From: Candidatus Latescibacterota bacterium
Lineage (GTDB): Bacteria > Latescibacterota > UBA2968 > UBA8231
Direction: 5' to 3'
Assembly: GCA_965242865.1 (NCBI GenBank)
Contig: CBDETK010000008.1
Coordinates: forward strand, 1 to 64,000
Length of the DNA stretch: 64,000 nucleotides
Shown: positions 60,998 through 64,000 of the stretch, piece after piece
Layout of the letters: each line of letters begins with the position of its first letter
Position numbering within the stretch: the stretch's first letter is position 1
The notes under the pieces: generated by a model
Told to the model about the DNA's origin: nothing
What the model saw: only the letters and a program-made list of their open reading frames with translations
The model's database searches: none
Position numbers and translations under genes: made by a program

Positions 60998-61064
60998 GGT
61001 ATTCGCCTGACGGCAAAGAAGTAGGCCTTTTCCCGCGTCCCCTTGACGCCCGAGTCCCGAAACC

Positions 61065-62510
61065 ATGGCGAGAGCCCAGTTGCACGAACAGCGCGACATC
61101 ATCGCAGAGCCTGTGATTCCACCTGTCACGTCTCCTCACGCTGGCGAGACTACGGCGCGCCAGCTGCTGAACGACCGCTTCGGGGGCCGGGTCGCATTCG
61201 ACCCGGAGTTCACTCGTAGAACAGTCTCGTACCAAGGCAACCGACAAGTCCCCGGACTGCGCTGGATGAAATACAAAGAGGGATTCTCCAGAGCCTTGGT
61301 GGACTACCTGCTGGATGAGTACAAGCCGAATCGTGTACTCGATCCGTTCGCTGGGATAGGCACCACGCCGCTGATCGCCGCCGGTCGGGGAATGCAGGCC
61401 ACCGGAATCGAGATCATGCCGGTCGGGGTCCTCGCCGGTGCCGGAGTTGCTGCAGCTGCTAACGGATTGTCGAGCGTGGCTATCAAGAACGCCGCGGATG
61501 CTATCCAGAATCGGTTGGGGTCGGCGCGGCCCGCTGCACGCAGCCATGCTTTCCCTCACGTGCGGATCACCGAGGGGGCCTTTCCAGCCGAGACTGAGAG
61601 CACCATCGGGAAAGCCCGTGAGTTCATCGCAGGAATGGAGGACGGGCCGGCGAAGACGCTGGTGAATCTTGCTTGTATGTCCGTACTCGAGGCCGTGAGC
61701 TTCACCCGGAAGGACGGCCAGTACCTCCGCTGGGATACCCGATCCGGGCGCAATCTGCGGGCCAGAATGCACAAGGGCCCCATTCTGTCGTTTCAGGATG
61801 CCCTTGAATCACGTCTCTCAGAAATAGCTAGCGATTTGGAATTCGTCAAGCGCAAGTATGGCCGTGGCAGCCCTGAGCTTGTGAACGGCTCCTCCCTTGA
61901 ACTGCTCCGAACCATGCCCGACGCGGCATTCGACATGGTGATCACGTCTCCGCCGTATGCGAACCGTTACGACTACACCCGAACCTACGCGCTGGAACTG
62001 GCTTGGCTGAACCTAGATCAGACTGGTTTCGCTAGGCTCCGGCAACAGATGCTCTCTGCAACTGTTGAAAACCGGAGCAAACTCGATGCACTCAGTGACC
62101 TGTACGCTGACAGGCCGGACCTCCTGCAGCAGGCAGTCACTAGGTACGAGAAGCAAGCGGCTCTTCACGAAGTGCTACGCATACTGAGAACGCATGCCGC
62201 CGAACTTGGCAACCGCCATGTTATACGGCTACTGGAGGGATATTTCCTAGAGATGGCTCTCGTAGTGGCCGAACTTGGGCGCTTAGTGCGACCGGGTGGC
62301 AACGTGATCATGGTCAACGACAACGTGCAATACCATGGGGAGGAAATTCCGGTCGACTTCATTCTTGCCGACCTTGCTGAGCAATCGGGGTTCACCTGCG
62401 CGAAAATCTGGACACTAGCTCGTGGCAAGGGAAATGCGAGCCAACAAATGGGGCGGTTTGGACGTCGCGAGATCCGCAAGTGCGTCTACCGTTGGGTTCG
62501 GGAACGATGA
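61065..62510 (+). CDS. Site-specific DNA amino-methyltransferase (likely N4-cytosine)
   Basis: WMKYKEGFS, VLDPFAGIGTT (motif I), ITSPPY (motif IV). Confidence 0.9.
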   Translation: MARAQLHEQRDIIAEPVIPPVTSPHAGETTARQLLNDRFGGRVAFDPEFTRRTVSYQGNRQVPGLRWMKYKEGFSRALVDYLLDEYKPNRVLDPFAGIGTTPLIAAGRGMQATGIEIMPVGVLAGAGVAAAANGLSSVAIKNAADAIQNRLGSARPAARSHAFPHVRITEGAFPAETESTIGKAREFIAGMEDGPAKTLVNLACMSVLEAVSFTRKDGQYLRWDTRSGRNLRARMHKGPILSFQDALESRLSEIASDLEFVKRKYGRGSPELVNGSSLELLRTMPDAAFDMVITSPPYANRYDYTRTYALELAWLNLDQTGFARLRQQMLSATVENRSKLDALSDLYADRPDLLQQAVTRYEKQAALHEVLRILRTHAAELGNRHVIRLLEGYFLEMALVVAELGRLVRPGGNVIMVNDNVQYHGEEIPVDFILADLAEQSGFTCAKIWTLARGKGNASQQMGRFGRREIRKCVYRWVRER

Positions 62511-63418
62511 GTGGACACAAGGACCTGATTCGGCGCTCGAAGTTTCTTTCGGAGCGAATCAGACAACGCACTGACGTCAAGATGAGAGGGCTCGTCGACG
62601 ACTTTCCCGCTCCGCTCGATTTCCAAGACAGGGAAGACCTGCTGATCAGCCAGTCTGCTTGGGAGTACGTAACCAAATCAGGAATCAAGCTGCAGCAAGT
62701 CTTTGCTCACCCTGACTTACTGCGGATGCACCCTGAAACATCGCTTTATTACCGCGGGCTCGCACTGCTTCCATTGAAAAGGGTGCGCACAGCAGTAGGA
62801 GTTGAAGTGAAGTATTGGGAGAAGGGCTTGGTTGAGAACCTGCCGATGGAAAGCGCAAAAGCAGTCTGTCGCCTCTACAACAGCGTCGTTTCCTCGATCA
62901 TCGAAGGAGCTACTGACTGGACGTTGGAAAACGGCTACCGAAACATAATGCACAGCATCGGGATAACGCTCGACGGAGTATTCCGGAACACCATAGGCCA
63001 AGATGCCGAGCGACTGATAAAAACCAAGATTGAAGACTGGCTGCGCGAGCATGAAATGATTGTAGAGCAGGGATCTCGAACTGAATTTGTACTCGCAGGT
63101 GGTGTGAATATGATTTATGGGAGTGACCCCGACATCCTGTTCAAACGGCTAGGACGACAACTAGCCACCATTGAAATCAAGGGTGGCAAAGACCCCGCTG
63201 GCGCACTCGAGCGCCTTGGTGCCATGCAGAAGAGCTTCGATGCAACGCCTGCCACTTGTCAGAACATCCTAATTGCAGGCGTCGTTACGGCGGAAATGCA
63301 GACCCGACTCGAGCAGCTAGGTGTCCGTAGCGTCTTTATCCTTGACGACCTCTTGAATGACGACGAATGGCGCAGATTCACTCGAGAAGTATTCCATCAC
63401 ATACTTCGACTTCATTAG
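62507..63418 (+). CDS. XcyI-family type II restriction endonuclease
   Basis: GSDPDI...IEIKGGKDPAGALERLGA PD-(D/E)xK motif; ATGA overlap with MTase; low GC. Confidence 0.82.
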   Translation: MSGHKDLIRRSKFLSERIRQRTDVKMRGLVDDFPAPLDFQDREDLLISQSAWEYVTKSGIKLQQVFAHPDLLRMHPETSLYYRGLALLPLKRVRTAVGVEVKYWEKGLVENLPMESAKAVCRLYNSVVSSIIEGATDWTLENGYRNIMHSIGITLDGVFRNTIGQDAERLIKTKIEDWLREHEMIVEQGSRTEFVLAGGVNMIYGSDPDILFKRLGRQLATIEIKGGKDPAGALERLGAMQKSFDATPATCQNILIAGVVTAEMQTRLEQLGVRSVFILDDLLNDDEWRRFTREVFHHILRLH

Positions 63419-63465
63419 GGATCTCCCCTAGGTGACTTGGTTGGTAATTACCTAGGCACCAGTCA

Positions 63466-63738
63466 ACATGACCTATGGCCAGTTAAGAATGTTAAGGGAT
63501 TTCCAGCTCTTGAGCCCCAATGCGGAAGCTGTCGGAATCCTTGATCAGTCTCAATCGGATCCTTTCGTTGGGGCAGATCGGACTGCTCGCGCGGGTTGGG
63601 AACACCAAGATCCAGACCGCGCGCGAGTGTGCCCTCGCCGAACGCTACGCTTTGCCAGTGCAAGTCGTGATCCCAGCTAGTTGTCCGCCACGAAGCAGCC
63701 CATTCGACAAAGGTTCGCGCAACCCGCGCGGTAGCCCG
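63466..63738 (+). repeat. Dispersed non-coding repeat, copy C
   Basis: ACATGACCTATGGCCAGTTAAGAATGTTAAGGGATTTCCAGCTCTTGAG...GCCCTCGCCGAACGCTA...TCGTGATC...CCGCCACGAAGC...GCGCGGTAGCCCG. Confidence 0.82.
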
Positions 63739-64000
63739 CCACAGCGCTCCTCGCTGCGTCCGTGCCCGGTTGCTGTGGGGCCAAAACCATTAACCCGGCC
63801 GCTGGCCGGCTACGACTCTCCGGCGAGTGTTCTGCTCACCCAAAGGCCTTGTTTCACTTGGTCTTGTCACGAAGCGACTGCCGCGACCGACCGTAGGCGT
63901 CATGTCGTCTGAGGCAGATTGCTCGGACTTGGTTGCGGTCATCGGGTAACGCTTGGTACCAGTCCGCCCAGCGATGCCGGGATCAGGCTTAGGTTCGCCC

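Noticed and set aside
42735-63738. Dispersed repeat as a small protein family or integron attC site
   Set aside because: Copies have stops and frameshifts relative to each other; no RYYYAAC/GTTRRRY boxes recognised and no integron integrase in the window.

Overview
GC-rich chromosomal segment, most likely from an Acidobacteriota (Bryobacterales-like) genome. This is inferred from an acidobacterial-type VWA protein, an Oar-like TonB-dependent receptor, PSD1/DUF1592/DUF1552 proteins, DUF1080 proteins and Tat-exported sulfatase and oxidoreductase. The backbone holds housekeeping and catabolic genes (gltA, moeA, moaC, murB, nadB, aroB, ubiE/menG, lipA, aquaporin, OPT transporter, SPFH-SPFH-NfeD), tRNA-His(GTG) and tRNA-Leu(TAA). 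About eight small, mostly lower-GC defence or toxin-antitoxin cassettes are inserted one by one between core genes: XRE-ImmA + DUF4411, AAA + DUF3226, orphan HigA, AAA + decayed PIN, orphan DarG-like macrodomain, HNH-DGQH protein, an XcyI-family R-M pair, and a possible PLD-like orphan. One intact DDE insertion sequence with a 5-bp target duplication sits upstream of lipA. The most notable observations are (i) a tRNA-His with no encoded G-1, with A73 and G1:U72, the alphaproteobacterial identity set, and (ii) a diverged ~180-280 bp non-coding repeat, in three clear copies, whose head faces a defence cassette each time. All family assignments come from motif recognition by eye, not database searches.
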